Positions 1 through 10,453 of a DNA stretch of 64,000 nt are shown here, piece by piece. The notes under the pieces were generated by a model, which was not told the DNA's origin, made no database searches, and saw only the letters and a program-made list of their open reading frames with translations. Source of the DNA: an uncultured delta proteobacterium (GTDB lineage Bacteria; Desulfobacterota; Desulfobulbia; Desulfobulbales; JAGXFP01); contig CAWEAD010000008.1 of NCBI GenBank assembly GCA_963807225.1, positions 337,763 through 401,762 of the forward strand, given 5' to 3'. Made by a program: the position numbers and the translations under genes. Positions within the stretch are counted from its first letter, which is position 1, and each line of letters opens with the position of its first letter.

Positions 1-1
1 A

Positions 2-175
2 TTGTTTACAGCCCGAATGAGCAGGGAACACAACGATGCCAATGTCCTCTGTCTGGGCGCCAGAGTTGTGGGACCAGGTTTGGCGCTGGAAATGCTCCGC
101 ACCTGGATGACCACCGAATTCGCCGGAGGCCGTCACCTTGAACGGGTGGCCATGTTCTCCGACTGTTCCTGTTAA
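2..175 (+). CDS. rpiB: ribose-5-phosphate isomerase B, C-terminal fragment (gene starts upstream of the window)
   Basis: Frame 2 reads LFTARMSREHNDANVLCLGARVVGPGLALEMLRTWMTTEFAGGRHLERVAMF..., stop TAA 173-175. Resembles the RpiB/LacAB C-terminal pattern (NDxNxLxLGxRxxG...F.GGRH..R). Not in the ORF track because it has no start in the window. Confidence 0.8.
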   Translation: MFTARMSREHNDANVLCLGARVVGPGLALEMLRTWMTTEFAGGRHLERVAMFSDCSC

Positions 176-240
176 GATCTTTGGGCCTGGTGGGCAATCA
201 CCCTCCCGGTATGTTTCATATTAAAGTCAGGTAAAAATCA

Positions 241-1497
241 GTGTCCCACCTTAAATCCGTAGACCCCGAGATTTACCAGACCATTCGTCGAGAGTTGGAG
301 CGCCAGGCCTTTCAACTGGAACTCATTGCTTCCGAGAACATTGTCAGCGAAGCGGTTCTAGAGGCGCAAGGGTCTATTTTTACTAATAAATATGCCGAAG
401 GCTACCCGCACAAGCGCTATTACGGCGGCTGCGAATTCGCCGACGAGATCGAGTCCCTGGCCATCTCCAGGGCCTTGGAGATTTTCGGGGCCGAATATGC
501 CAACGTTCAGGCTCATTCAGGCAGTCAGGCCAACATGGCCGTTTATTTCTCGGTCCTGCAACCGGGTGACAAGGTACTGGGCATGGATCTGGCCCATGGT
601 GGCCACCTGACCCATGGTAGCGCCGTCAATTTCTCGGGGCAGCTTTATAATTTTGTCTCTTACGGGGTTGACCGGCAAGACGAAAGAATCGACATGGCCG
701 AGGTGGAACGATTGGCCCACGAGCATCGGCCCAAGATGATCGTGGCCGGGGCCAGCGCCTACCCGAGGCATATAGATTTCGAGGGTTTTCGCCGCATCGC
801 CGACCAGATCGACGCCCTGTTCATGGTCGATATGGCCCACATTGCCGGGCTGGTGGCGGCGGGAGTCCATCCCTCGCCGGTACCCTATGCCGATTTTGTC
901 ACCACCACTACCCACAAGACCATGCGTGGACCCCGCGGCGGCCTGATCCTGGCCCGGGAGGAGTTCGGCAAGGCTTTGAACAGCAAGATTTTCCCCGGCA
1001 TTCAGGGCGGCCCCCTGGTGCATGTCATCGCCGCCAAGGCCGTGAGTTTTAAAGAGGCGTTGACTCCGGAGTTCCATACCTACCAGCAGCAGGTGGTGAT
1101 CAATGCCCGGGTTCTGGGAGAACATCTAACTCAATCCGGCTTCCGGCTGGTTTCCGGCGGGACCGACAATCATCTCCTGTTGGTTGATTTGAGCAGCAAG
1201 ATGATTACCGGTAAAGAAGCTGAAGAGGCCCTGGAAAAAGCCGGATTGACCGCCAATAAGAATGCCATCCCCTTTGATACCCAGCCCAGATTCGTTACCA
1301 GCGGCATCCGGATCGGCACCCCGGCGATTACCACTCGCGGCCTAAAGGAAGCAGAAATGAAGCAGGTGGCCGAGTGGATCGATCGTTCGGTAATCAGCCG
1401 GCATGACGAGCAGGCTCTGGCCACCATCCGGGCCGAGGTGAAAACCCTCTGTCAACGTTTTCCCATCTACCCGGAACTGCAAAGGACGATGATCTGA
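241..1497 (+). CDS. glyA: serine hydroxymethyltransferase
   Basis: 418-aa ORF with a GTG start. Full-length SHMT-like sequence ([31 protein letters not shown] with the PLP lysine). Confidence 0.97.
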   Translation: MSHLKSVDPEIYQTIRRELERQAFQLELIASENIVSEAVLEAQGSIFTNKYAEGYPHKRYYGGCEFADEIESLAISRALEIFGAEYANVQAHSGSQANMAVYFSVLQPGDKVLGMDLAHGGHLTHGSAVNFSGQLYNFVSYGVDRQDERIDMAEVERLAHEHRPKMIVAGASAYPRHIDFEGFRRIADQIDALFMVDMAHIAGLVAAGVHPSPVPYADFVTTTTHKTMRGPRGGLILAREEFGKALNSKIFPGIQGGPLVHVIAAKAVSFKEALTPEFHTYQQQVVINARVLGEHLTQSGFRLVSGGTDNHLLLVDLSSKMITGKEAEEALEKAGLTANKNAIPFDTQPRFVTSGIRIGTPAITTRGLKEAEMKQVAEWIDRSVISRHDEQALATIRAEVKTLCQRFPIYPELQRTMI

Positions 1498-1499
1498 AG

Positions 1500-1949
1500 A
1501 TGACCGACGCACGACCTTCATGGCATGAATACTTCATGTCGATCACCGAACTGGTGGCGCAGCGGGCCACCTGTACCCGACGCTACGTGGGTGCCATCCT
1601 GGTCCGGGACAAGCATATTATCGCCACCGGCTACAACGGGGCGCCGACCGGCATCAGCCATTGTTTAGAAGTGGGCTGTCTGCGGGAGCAGCAGGGGATT
1701 CCTTCCGGCGAACGACATGAATTGTGCCGGGGGCTGCATGCCGAACAGAACGCCATCATCCAGGCCGCCAAGCACGGTACCAGTATCGTCGGCGCCACGC
1801 TGTACTGTACCAACATGCCTTGCGCCATCTGCAGCAAGATGTTGATCAACGCCAGGATCTCGGAGGTGTATTACCGTGAAGGTTACGCCGACAATCTTAC
1901 CGACGCCTTGATGGCCGAGGCCGGGATCCCCCTCCGTCAGCTGGTTTAG
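1500..1949 (+). CDS. deoxycytidylate (dCMP)/cytidine deaminase family protein
   Basis: 149 aa. Zinc motifs HAEQNA and PCAICSKML. Starts 2 nt after the glyA stop. Confidence 0.9.
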   Translation: MTDARPSWHEYFMSITELVAQRATCTRRYVGAILVRDKHIIATGYNGAPTGISHCLEVGCLREQQGIPSGERHELCRGLHAEQNAIIQAAKHGTSIVGATLYCTNMPCAICSKMLINARISEVYYREGYADNLTDALMAEAGIPLRQLV

Positions 1950-2005
1950 TCTCGATTCTTTGGCCATTGGCCCCCTTTTTCTCCTGAGACAGGGAGGATT
2001 TAATC

Positions 2006-2470
2006 ATGAAATGCCCTTATTGCGGACACCTTGAAAATAGGGTGGTTGACTCCCGCCTCAACAAGGAGTACACCATCACCCGTCGCCGCCGTTCCTGCGA
2101 TGCCTGCCAGCAACGTTTCACCACTTACGAGCGCTTGGAAGTGACCATGCCGATGCTGGTCAAGAAGGATGGCCGCCGCGAGGCCTGGGACCGGCACAAA
2201 GTTGTGGCCGGTCTGAAAAAAGCCTGTGAGAAGCGGCCGGTCAGCATGGCCCAGATCGAGGAGTTCGTCGATGCCATGGAGATCGATTTGCAGAGCCTGG
2301 GTGAGCGGGAAATAGCGGTCAAGCTGGTGGGCGAGCGGATCATGGAAGGATTACGGCAGATGGATGAGGTGGCCTATGTCCGTTTTGCCTCGGTTTACCG
2401 CCAGTTCAAGGATCTGAGCGAATTTATGGATGAGTTGAAATCCATGTTGAATCATAAAAGCGAAAATTGA
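2006..2470 (+). CDS. nrdR: transcriptional repressor NrdR
   Basis: 154 aa. N-terminal zinc ribbon MKCPYCG...CDACQQRFTTYE plus an ATP-cone. GGGAGGA RBS upstream. Confidence 0.97.
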   Translation: MKCPYCGHLENRVVDSRLNKEYTITRRRRSCDACQQRFTTYERLEVTMPMLVKKDGRREAWDRHKVVAGLKKACEKRPVSMAQIEEFVDAMEIDLQSLGEREIAVKLVGERIMEGLRQMDEVAYVRFASVYRQFKDLSEFMDELKSMLNHKSEN

Positions 2471-3582
2471 TGGCTGTTCATCTCGACCGCGATCAACATT
2501 TTATGCGGTTGGCCCTGCGCGAGGCCAGAAAAGGAATTGGACGGACTTCACCCAATCCCTATGTCGGTGCGGTGGTGGTCAAAAACGACCAAGTTGTCGC
2601 CAAGGGATATCACCACCGGGCCGGTACTCCCCATGCCGAAGTCCACGCCTTGGAGGCGGCCGGCGCGGAAGCTCTTGGGGCCACACTCTATGTGACCCTG
2701 GAGCCATGCAACCATCAGGGCCGAACCCCGCCCTGTACAGAAAAGATTTTGACTACCGGTGTCCGGAGACTGGTGGTGGGTATGGATGATCCCAACCCCC
2801 TGGTCAAGGGTGGCGGAAATGCCTATCTGCAGAACAGGGGCCTGGAAGTGGTTTCCGGGGTATTGAGCGATGAATGTCGGGCTTTAAACCGGCCCTTTAT
2901 AAAACACATAACCACCGGCCGACCCTGGGTAATAATGAAGTCCGGTCAGAGCCTCGATGGTCGCATTGCCACTCGGACCGGGCACAGCCAATGGATTACC
3001 CAAGCCCAGGCTCGGGGCAGAACCCATCTCTGGCGCGACCGGGTCGATGCTATTCTGGTGGGGATTGAGACGGTCCTGTCCGACGATCCCTCGCTTACGG
3101 CTCGACCCGGGGGGGGCAGAGGGCAGGATCCTCTCCGGGTGGTTTTGGACAGCACACTGCGGTTACCGGTTACGGCCCGTTTGTTGAGTCAGGAGTCGGA
3201 GGCTCAGACCTGGGTCTTCTGTAGCAAGAAGGCCGATGCCGACCGCCGTCGGACTCTAATTGAGGCCGGGGCGGTTGTTGTCGAAGTTAAAGACGACCCG
3301 CGAGGCGGACTTGATCTGGCCGCGGTTCTGGATCTCCTCGGGCAACGGGAGATCAATAGTCTGTTGGTGGAAGGCGGTGGGAGGATCCATGCCGCCTTTC
3401 TGAATGGCGATCTCTACGACCAGGCCTGTATCTTTGTGGCACCGCTTTTTCTCGGTGCCGAAGGGTTGCCGGTGGTCGGCGAGCTGGGACTTGATCGGCT
3501 CGAGCAGGGAAAAAGATTTACGGTGGAAAGGGTGCGGAGACTGGGACCAGATGTCATGATCGAAGGTATATTCGGAGAGTAA
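2470..3582 (+). CDS. ribD: bifunctional riboflavin biosynthesis protein RibD (pyrimidine deaminase / uracil reductase)
   Basis: Deaminase motifs HAEVHAL and PCNHQGRTPPC, then a reductase domain. The ATG at 2470 overlaps the nrdR TGA (TGATG); the ORF track opens 3 nt earlier at a TTG. Confidence 0.95.
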   Translation: MAVHLDRDQHFMRLALREARKGIGRTSPNPYVGAVVVKNDQVVAKGYHHRAGTPHAEVHALEAAGAEALGATLYVTLEPCNHQGRTPPCTEKILTTGVRRLVVGMDDPNPLVKGGGNAYLQNRGLEVVSGVLSDECRALNRPFIKHITTGRPWVIMKSGQSLDGRIATRTGHSQWITQAQARGRTHLWRDRVDAILVGIETVLSDDPSLTARPGGGRGQDPLRVVLDSTLRLPVTARLLSQESEAQTWVFCSKKADADRRRTLIEAGAVVVEVKDDPRGGLDLAAVLDLLGQREINSLLVEGGGRIHAAFLNGDLYDQACIFVAPLFLGAEGLPVVGELGLDRLEQGKRFTVERVRRLGPDVMIEGIFGE

Positions 3583-3589
3583 CGTAATA

Positions 3590-4249
3590 ATGTTTACCGG
3601 TATCATTCAGGGACGCGGAAAGATCGTAGAGAAAAGGGTGGCCGGTGGCGGCCTGCTTTTTGTGATCGATAGCGATTTCGATCTTACTGACCCGTTAGAG
3701 GGCGAGTCCATCGCTGTCAACGGCGTCTGCCTTACTGCTCGCGAAATCCAGGGTAAGCACTTCCTGGTAGATGTTTCACCGGAAAGCCTGGACCGAACAA
3801 ACCTTGGTCAGGTAGCCGTGGGTAGCCTGGTTAACCTGGAACGGGCTTTACGCTTGAGCGACCGGCTTGGCGGTCATCTGGTCAGCGGTCATGTCGATGC
3901 CACGGCCCGAATCCTGGAGCGGCACCCCCTGGGCGATTTCGTACTTTTCACCTTCGAAGTTCCGAAGGGATTGGGGCGTTATATTATCGAGAAAGGTTCG
4001 ATCACGGTGGACGGCATCAGTCTGACGGTGAATCGCTGTGACGATAAGACCTTTGCAGTATCCATTATTCCGCACACCCTGGAGGTGACCACCCTGGGCC
4101 GGCTCAAAAAGGGCGGCCTGGTCAACCTCGAAGTCGACCTGATCGGCAAGTATGTGGAAAAACTTCTGTCGGCGAAGCCGGAGGGCGGGGCTGGCACCCG
4201 TTCCGGGATTAATCCCGCCTTCCTGGCCGAGCACGGCTTTATCAAGTAG
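3590..4249 (+). CDS. ribE: riboflavin synthase (alpha chain)
   Basis: 219 aa. MFTGIIQGRGKI N-terminus and a duplicated lumazine-binding repeat (SIAVNGVCLT / SITVDGISLT). Confidence 0.95.
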   Translation: MFTGIIQGRGKIVEKRVAGGGLLFVIDSDFDLTDPLEGESIAVNGVCLTAREIQGKHFLVDVSPESLDRTNLGQVAVGSLVNLERALRLSDRLGGHLVSGHVDATARILERHPLGDFVLFTFEVPKGLGRYIIEKGSITVDGISLTVNRCDDKTFAVSIIPHTLEVTTLGRLKKGGLVNLEVDLIGKYVEKLLSAKPEGGAGTRSGINPAFLAEHGFIK

Positions 4250-4260
4250 CGGTGAGGTAA

Positions 4261-5466
4261 ATGACCCTAAACACGATTGAAGAGGCAATAGAGGATTACC
4301 GGGCCGGCAAGATGATCATCCTGGTGGATGACGAAGACCGGGAAAACGAGGGCGATCTCTGCATGGCCGCCCAGATGGTGACCCCGGCCGCCGTCAACTT
4401 CATGGCCACCCACGGGCGCGGCCTGATCTGCCTGGCCATGACCGCCGAGCAGATCGACAAATTACAATTGCCGATGATGGTGCGGGAAAACCGGTCTCCG
4501 TTCGAGACCGCCTTCACGGTGAGCATCGAGGCCAGGAGCGGGGTTACCACCGGCATATCGGCGGCCGATCGAGCTCACACCATTCAGACCGCGGTGCGGC
4601 TCGACGTCAAACCGGAAGACATCGTCAGCCCCGGCCATATCTTCCCCCTGCGGGCCAAGCGCGGCGGGGTGCTGGTCCGTACCGGTCAGACCGAGGGTTC
4701 GGTCGACCTGGCCCGACTCTCCGGTCTGCGTCCCTCGGCGGTGATCTGCGAGATCATGAACGAGGACGGCACCATGTCGCGGCTGCCGGACCTCAAGAAG
4801 TTCGCCAAAAAGCATGATCTGAAAGTTGTCACAATCGCCGACCTGATCGCCTACCGGCTGCTCAAGGATACCTTGGTCCACCGCGCCGCCGAGACCCGGC
4901 TGCCGACCTTGTACGGCGGGGAGTTCACCGCCATGGTCTATACCAACGATGTGGATAATTACGAGCACCTGGCCCTGGTCAAAGGTGAGATCAATGCCGA
5001 GGAGGAAGTGATGGTCCGGGTCCACTCCGAGTGTCTGACCGGAGATGTCTTCGGCTCGATGCGCTGCGACTGCGGGCAGCAGCTGAAGGCAGCCATGAAA
5101 ATGGTCGAGAAGGCCGGCCGGGGCATCATTCTCTATATGCACCAGGAGGGCCGCGGCATTGGATTGGTCAACAAGCTCAAGGCCTATGCCTTGCAGGACG
5201 GGGGGCTCGATACCGTAGAGGCCAACCAGAAACTGGGCTTCAAGGCCGATCTGCGCGATTATGGCATCGGCGCCCAGATCCTGCGTGATCTGGGAGTCCG
5301 GCGCATGAAGCTGATTACCAACAACCCCAAGAAAATCGTGGGGTTGGAAGGATACGGGCTTGAGGTGGTGGACCGATTACCCATCGAGATCGAGCCGGAT
5401 CCCGAGAATCTCAAATACCTTCAATGCAAGAAGGACAAACTCGGGCATATGCTCGATCTAATATAA
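4261..5466 (+). CDS. ribBA: bifunctional 3,4-dihydroxy-2-butanone-4-phosphate synthase / GTP cyclohydrolase II
   Basis: 401 aa. DRENEGDL (DHBP synthase half) and ECLTGDVFGSMRCDCGQQL (GCH II zinc site). Confidence 0.95.
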   Translation: MTLNTIEEAIEDYRAGKMIILVDDEDRENEGDLCMAAQMVTPAAVNFMATHGRGLICLAMTAEQIDKLQLPMMVRENRSPFETAFTVSIEARSGVTTGISAADRAHTIQTAVRLDVKPEDIVSPGHIFPLRAKRGGVLVRTGQTEGSVDLARLSGLRPSAVICEIMNEDGTMSRLPDLKKFAKKHDLKVVTIADLIAYRLLKDTLVHRAAETRLPTLYGGEFTAMVYTNDVDNYEHLALVKGEINAEEEVMVRVHSECLTGDVFGSMRCDCGQQLKAAMKMVEKAGRGIILYMHQEGRGIGLVNKLKAYALQDGGLDTVEANQKLGFKADLRDYGIGAQILRDLGVRRMKLITNNPKKIVGLEGYGLEVVDRLPIEIEPDPENLKYLQCKKDKLGHMLDLI

Positions 5467-5590
5467 CCAGCTGAATTGGCTGGCTGACAACCGCTAAATT
5501 TTCTGCTATCTTGGCGGACAAATAAATCATTATCCCCGACCGGTGGATGGGCCCCGATTTTCGCGGGCGGTTAATGCGGAGGAATACCAG

Positions 5591-6055
5591 ATGGCTAAAT
5601 ACATTGACGGTAACCTGAAAGGGGATGGCAGAAAAATCGGGATCATCGTCTCCCGCTTCAATTCTTTCATCGCCGAAAAACTATTGGAAGGCGCCATCGA
5701 TACCCTGGTGCGTTCCGGGGTGGCCGATAAGAATATCGAGGTGGCCCGGGTACCAGGTGCTTACGAAATTCCCCTGGTGGCCCAGAAAATGGCGCGATCC
5801 AAACGCTATGACGCGGTAATCTGTCTGGGTGTGGTGATCCGTGGCGCTACCCCCCATTTCGATTACGTGGCCGGTGAGGCTGCCAAGGGTATTGCCCAGG
5901 TAAGTCTGGAAAGTGGAGTTCCGGTGATGTTCGGGGTGCTGACCACCGAGACCATCGAACAGGCCATCGAGCGGGCCGGTTCCAAGGGTGGCAACAAGGG
6001 CGCGGATTGTGCCCTGGCGGCGCTGGAGATGATCAATCTCCTGGCCCAGCTCTGA
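5591..6055 (+). CDS. ribH: 6,7-dimethyl-8-ribityllumazine synthase
   Basis: [11 protein letters not shown]...[11 protein letters not shown]...PGAYEIP...[11 protein letters not shown] place the start at ATG 5591 (GCGGAGGA RBS) rather than the ORF-track start at 5543. Confidence 0.94.
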   Translation: MAKYIDGNLKGDGRKIGIIVSRFNSFIAEKLLEGAIDTLVRSGVADKNIEVARVPGAYEIPLVAQKMARSKRYDAVICLGVVIRGATPHFDYVAGEAAKGIAQVSLESGVPVMFGVLTTETIEQAIERAGSKGGNKGADCALAALEMINLLAQL

Positions 6056-6063
6056 TCTCCTTT

Positions 6064-6480
6064 ATGCTTACTCCCCTAAGACGCAAAGCCCGGGAACTGG
6101 CTCTGCAGGTACTTTATCAATGCGAGACCACCGGGCAGGATTGCGACCAGGCTTTGATTCTGGTGCTGGAAAACTTCCAGGCTAACAGAAAGGCGGTTGA
6201 TTATGCCCGCGAGCTACTCAAGGGTATCGCGGAGCATCGGAATGAGATCGACAGCCTGATCAGTGAACATTCGGCCCATTGGCGACTGGAGCGGATGAGC
6301 TTGGTGGATGCCGCCATCCTGCGGATCGGGGTGTTCGAACTCAGTATTCGGCAGGATGTACCGGCTACGGTGGTAATCAACGAAGCCTTGGAGGTGGCTG
6401 CCCGGTATTCGTCTGATGACGCCTCCTCTTTCATCAACGGCATCCTGGACGCGGTCAGAAAAAAGCTGGGCCGGAAATAA
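6064..6480 (+). CDS. nusB: transcription antitermination factor NusB
   Basis: RRKARELALQVLYQ... The ATG at 6064 is preferred over the ORF-track 6007, which would overlap ribH. Confidence 0.93.
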   Translation: MLTPLRRKARELALQVLYQCETTGQDCDQALILVLENFQANRKAVDYARELLKGIAEHRNEIDSLISEHSAHWRLERMSLVDAAILRIGVFELSIRQDVPATVVINEALEVAARYSSDDASSFINGILDAVRKKLGRK

Positions 6481-6486
6481 CTCCGG

Positions 6487-8697
6487 TTGTCGCCAATCTT
6501 AGCGCCGGAAGGACAACAAGAGATGGCCAAGGCTGAGAGTCAGAGAGAAAGACCCCCGCTATTGCAGGAACTGGTGGCGGTGCTGGGATTGTTCCTGGCC
6601 CTGTTCGTGTTGGTCTGTCTGGCCGGCTTCACGCTGCCGGTTCAGGATTTTGGTGGTCCACAGCCCTTGCTTTGGGGCGGCAAAATTGGTTACTTCCTGG
6701 CTCAGGTGCTGATGAGCTTTCTGGGCTTCAGCTCTTTCGGGTTGGCCCTGCTGCTCTTCGCCTATTCCTTGTATTTCTTCTCGCCCCACGCCTCATTCCA
6801 GCGCTTACCTCACATTCTGGCCGGAGTTTCCGGCATTCTCATAGCCTCAAGCGGTCTTTTGGCCGCCATCGGTCGGAGAACCTTGGAGTTGCCAGGCCGG
6901 GTCTATCCGGCTGGCGGTCAATTGGGTGACATGCTGGCCAACCTCTTGGGCGAGTATTTCGGTCGTTCCGGCGCGGTGCTCTTTTTCCTTTGCCTGTTGC
7001 TGATGGCCCTGATGTTGGCTGTGAGGCTGTCTCCCTATATCCTGACCTGTAAATTTAAAATGTGGACGAGACTCCTTTGGGAACGCCTCAGACAAAGGGA
7101 GTCCGCCCCAGGCGACGAATCGGTCAAACCGGTTGTTCCTCCGGGCCGGAGAACCATGTCCGAAAAGATATTGCCAGTCCCCGCCGGGAGCTTCGAAAAT
7201 CTGATCACCGTACCCAGTGTCAATGAACCGGTGCGCTTGCTCGCAGACGATGCCGACGATGAAGATTTCCAGCCGGTGGCATTGACCACCAGCGATTACC
7301 GGTTGCCGGGGATCAATCTCCTGGAGAAGTCACCGGGTGGCGATTTTCTGGCCGATCGTGAACATTACCTGGAGGTCAGTGCCAAACTGGAAGAGAAACT
7401 CAGCGATTTCGGGGTTTCCGGAAAGGTTTCCGGGATTTCGCCGGGTCCGGTTATTACCACCTACGAGTATGAACCGGCTCCTGGCGTCAAGATCAACAAG
7501 ATCGTCGCCCTGGCCGACGACCTGGCTCTGGGCCTCAAGGCTGAAAGTGTTCGGATCGTCGGCTCCATTCCCGGCAAGGCTGCGCTGGGCATCGAGATCC
7601 CCAATCGCGAACGGCAAATCGTTTATATCCGGGACATTCTGGCCAGTGAAGAGTTTCAGAAGGCCGCCGCCAAACTGACCATTGGTCTGGGCATGGACGT
7701 GGTCGGCAACCCGGTTATGGCTAATCTGGCCAAGATGCCGCACCTGCTCATCGCCGGAGCCACCGGAGCCGGCAAGAGCGTGGCGGTGAACGGTATCATC
7801 TGCAGCATTCTGATGAAGGCCACTCCGGAAGAGGTGCGGATGCTGATGGTCGACCCCAAACGCATAGAACTTTCCTGCTACGAAGACATCCCGCATCTTC
7901 TGCACCCGGTGGTGGTCGATCCGAAAATGGCCAGTCGCGCCCTGCAATGGGCGGTGCGGGAGATGGAACGGCGCTACCAGATCATGGAGGAAAAGAGGGT
8001 CAAGAACATCCACAGCTACAATGAGCAGGCGGAGGAGGGCGAACCGCGGTTGCCCCTGATTGTCATCATCATCGACGAGTTGGCCGATCTGATGATGGTT
8101 TCCTCCCGGGAGGTGGAAGACTCGGTAGCCCGGTTGGCCCAGATGGCTAGGGCGGCAGGGATGCATCTGATTCTGGCCACCCAGCGCCCCTCGGTCGACG
8201 TATTGACCGGCTTGATCAAGGCCAACTTTCCCACCCGCATGTCCTTCAAGGTTTCCTCCAAGATCGACTCCCGGACCATTCTCGACTCCAGCGGCGCCGA
8301 GCATCTTCTGGGCGCCGGCGACATGCTCTTTCTGCCACCCGGCAGTTCGCGTCTGCAACGCATTCATGGCGCCTATATATCCGAAAAGGAAATTGAACGG
8401 ATCGTCAAGTTTATCAAGGGCCAGCGTTCCGCGGTCTACGACGAATCGGTGGTCAGGGTGGTGGAGACCCCGGCCGACGGTGACGGGTCCGAAGATGAGG
8501 AAGTCGACGAAAAGTACGACGAGGCCGTGGCCTTTGTCTGCGAAACTGGTCAGGCCTCAATCTCCATGGTGCAGAGAAGGTTACGGGTCGGCTATAACCG
8601 GGCGGCCCGAATGATCGAGACCATGGAGAAAGAGGGGATTGTCGGCCCGGCCGATGGCTCCAAGGCCCGTGAAGTCCTGGCCAGAAAATCGTACTGA
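6487..8697 (+). CDS. ftsK: DNA translocase FtsK/SpoIIIE
   Basis: N-terminal TM segments, Walker A GATGAGKS, Walker B IIIDELADLMM, C-terminal gamma wHTH (ASISMVQRRLRVGYNRAARMIETMEKEGIVG). The ORF opens at TTG 6487; ATG 6523 is an alternative start. Confidence 0.93.
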   Translation: MSPILAPEGQQEMAKAESQRERPPLLQELVAVLGLFLALFVLVCLAGFTLPVQDFGGPQPLLWGGKIGYFLAQVLMSFLGFSSFGLALLLFAYSLYFFSPHASFQRLPHILAGVSGILIASSGLLAAIGRRTLELPGRVYPAGGQLGDMLANLLGEYFGRSGAVLFFLCLLLMALMLAVRLSPYILTCKFKMWTRLLWERLRQRESAPGDESVKPVVPPGRRTMSEKILPVPAGSFENLITVPSVNEPVRLLADDADDEDFQPVALTTSDYRLPGINLLEKSPGGDFLADREHYLEVSAKLEEKLSDFGVSGKVSGISPGPVITTYEYEPAPGVKINKIVALADDLALGLKAESVRIVGSIPGKAALGIEIPNRERQIVYIRDILASEEFQKAAAKLTIGLGMDVVGNPVMANLAKMPHLLIAGATGAGKSVAVNGIICSILMKATPEEVRMLMVDPKRIELSCYEDIPHLLHPVVVDPKMASRALQWAVREMERRYQIMEEKRVKNIHSYNEQAEEGEPRLPLIVIIIDELADLMMVSSREVEDSVARLAQMARAAGMHLILATQRPSVDVLTGLIKANFPTRMSFKVSSKIDSRTILDSSGAEHLLGAGDMLFLPPGSSRLQRIHGAYISEKEIERIVKFIKGQRSAVYDESVVRVVETPADGDGSEDEEVDEKYDEAVAFVCETGQASISMVQRRLRVGYNRAARMIETMEKEGIVGPADGSKAREVLARKSY

Positions 8698-8884
8698 TCC
8701 TCTCCTCTCTTCCAGCAACCGGAGCGGAGTCTGCCCCTATATTCGCCATCTTCGTTAATCCCATAATCCTCTGTTTTCGGCCTGGAAATTCTCTAGTGCG
8801 TCCTTATTGTTACTAATAAGAATCGTAATTGAAATCGATTGCCCGGTTACCGGGTGGGAAGTTGTGTAACCATGAGGTGAGTCC

Positions 8885-9136
8885 ATGCACGACAGAACAG
8901 AGATATGCCGGAAAATTATCGAAATTCTGCCGGCACTTGGGAATTGCGGAGTGGATCTGAATGTTTCCTTTGACGACCGGTTACAAGTATGGCGGGTCAG
9001 TTACGATAAGGAAGGGCGGCATGCCGTGGCCTTTCTGGAAGAGGAGGATGTCGAACGCTGCTTGAGTGGGCGTGAATGCCTCTCCCTGGGCATCATGGCG
9101 CACCAGTTGCGGGAGTGGTCATGCACTTTCAGATAG
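8885..9136 (+). CDS. hypothetical small protein (83 aa)
   Basis: ORF only. I recognise no family. Preceded by GTAACCATGAGGTGAG (possible RBS). Confidence 0.35.
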   Translation: MHDRTEICRKIIEILPALGNCGVDLNVSFDDRLQVWRVSYDKEGRHAVAFLEEEDVERCLSGRECLSLGIMAHQLREWSCTFR

Positions 9137-9276
9137 CTTTTAACTTTTGCCCTCTGATCTTCTCCGGGGTTGCTGGTGGTGATGCACGGCGGGAAAGTTC
9201 GTCAGGAAGCAATGCCTAGCAGTAAATTGACCGGTATGCCAAAGAGGGGGAGTCTTTTTCCCAGGAGTGGATCTCA

Positions 9277-10068
9277 ATGCTTGATCTGACCACCGATGGT
9301 CATGTCCATACCAGTCTCTGTCGTCACGCCGTCGGCAGCATGGACGATTATGCCCGGATGGCCGAGGCTCGAGGGATCAAACGTTTGTTTTTTCTGGAGC
9401 ATCTAGAAAAGGGCGTCGATTACTTTGAAAGAACCTGGTTGACCGAGCCTGACTTTGATGAATATTTTCGCCTCGGGCGAGAATTACAGCAGACCTGGGA
9501 AGGGAAGGTAGAGATCGGACTCGGAGTTGAAGTGGGTTACAACCCGGAGCGTCGCCCGGAAATTCTGGCCGCTCTGGCGGCCCGACCCTGGGATCGGATC
9601 GGTATTTCCTACCATTTCATGGAGGTGGCGGGGCGCCACTACAACTTGGTCAGCCGCAAGAGCGATAATCTGGAGCCCCTCGGGCGACTGGGAGTGAACA
9701 GGGTCTTAAGCGATTATTTCGCCACCTTGCTGGAGGCTATCGAAACTCTGCCAGGCCAGGTAGTCTGCCACTTGGATGCGGCCATGCGCTACCATCCGGG
9801 AATTCGCCTGGAGAGCCAACATTACCGCCAGATCGACGAGATCTTTACAGTCATGAGTAAGCGGGGGTTGGCCTTGGAAGTAAATGCCTCCGGCTGCCGG
9901 ATGCGGGGTGAACCCTTCCCGAACCGGGAACTGATCGCCGAGGCGTTGCGGCGCGGGATCGCCCTGGCGGCCGGCTCCGATGCCCATCGTCCCGAGGACG
10001 TGGGGCAGTTCGCCGGCTTGCGGGATTTTATGGTGGAACAGGGTTTCCCGGTCTTCACCGGAGAGTAA
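9277..10068 (+). CDS. PHP-domain phosphatase, histidinol-phosphatase (HisJ/HisK) family
   Basis: 263 aa. DGHVHTSLCRHA N-terminal metal motif and C-terminal GSDAHRPEDVG, typical of the PHP/HisJ family. Confidence 0.8.
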   Translation: MLDLTTDGHVHTSLCRHAVGSMDDYARMAEARGIKRLFFLEHLEKGVDYFERTWLTEPDFDEYFRLGRELQQTWEGKVEIGLGVEVGYNPERRPEILAALAARPWDRIGISYHFMEVAGRHYNLVSRKSDNLEPLGRLGVNRVLSDYFATLLEAIETLPGQVVCHLDAAMRYHPGIRLESQHYRQIDEIFTVMSKRGLALEVNASGCRMRGEPFPNRELIAEALRRGIALAAGSDAHRPEDVGQFAGLRDFMVEQGFPVFTGE

Positions 10069-10453
10069 TGGTCAACGGAACCCCGTAGATCTTGCGGGAA
10101 ATGGTTCGGGTCGGCTCCAGACGCCAATCACCGCAATCGGCCAGATCGCCCAGGCGTTGGTTGATCTCCTTGACCAGCTCGGCGACACCGATAAGCGGAT
10201 GGCGGGCAAAGACCTCCGGTAGACCGTAGGTTAGGTGGCAGGCCAGACATTTGCCGGGCCTTTCGGTGAGCTTGAAGAGAAAATGCAGCGCTTGGTCTTG
10301 GGGCGAATACCCTTCATATTCCAGACTGATGTCGTAGACGCCTTCCTCGATGTCTCCATAAAGTGCTTCGAAGAACTGGTTGCTGCGGTCGGTCGGAAAC
10401 ATTTCCAGCAGGAGCGGAGGGGTGAAAAGATGTTTAAATTTATCGGAGTCCAT
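10055..10453 (-). CDS. conserved hypothetical protein (132 aa)
   Basis: Clean ORF with good codon usage. Its 3' end overlaps the convergent PHP gene by 14 nt. Function unknown. Confidence 0.55.
   Translation of the reverse strand: MDSDKFKHLFTPPLLLEMFPTDRSNQFFEALYGDIEEGVYDISLEYEGYSPQDQALHFLFKLTERPGKCLACHLTYGLPEVFARHPLIGVAELVKEINQRLGDLADCGDWRLEPTRTISRKIYGVPLTITLR

Noticed and set aside
5467-5590. Possible FMN (RFN) riboswitch between ribBA and ribH, suggested by the segment TCCCCGACCGGTGGATGGGCCC.
   Set aside because: Only this short stretch resembles the RFN core. The other conserved blocks (the GGGTGAAATTCCC-type and GACAGT...GGATG-type segments) are absent, and 124 nt is too short.
5543-6063. 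ORF-track N-terminal extensions of ribH (from 5543) and nusB (from 6007).
   Set aside because: Internal ATG codons with RBSs give N-termini matching the families (MAKYIDG..., MLTPLRRKARE...). The extensions would overlap upstream genes or add non-conserved residues.
7330-8367. 345-aa ORF antisense to ftsK. Similar long antisense ORFs occur at 11167-11928, 12938-13774, 20350-21693, 43676-44539, 50469-51164 and 54764-55519.
   Set aside because: These are shadow ORFs typical of GC-rich coding DNA. Their products are Arg/Gly/Pro/His-rich and low in complexity, they have no RBS, and each lies fully inside a well-supported gene on the other strand.
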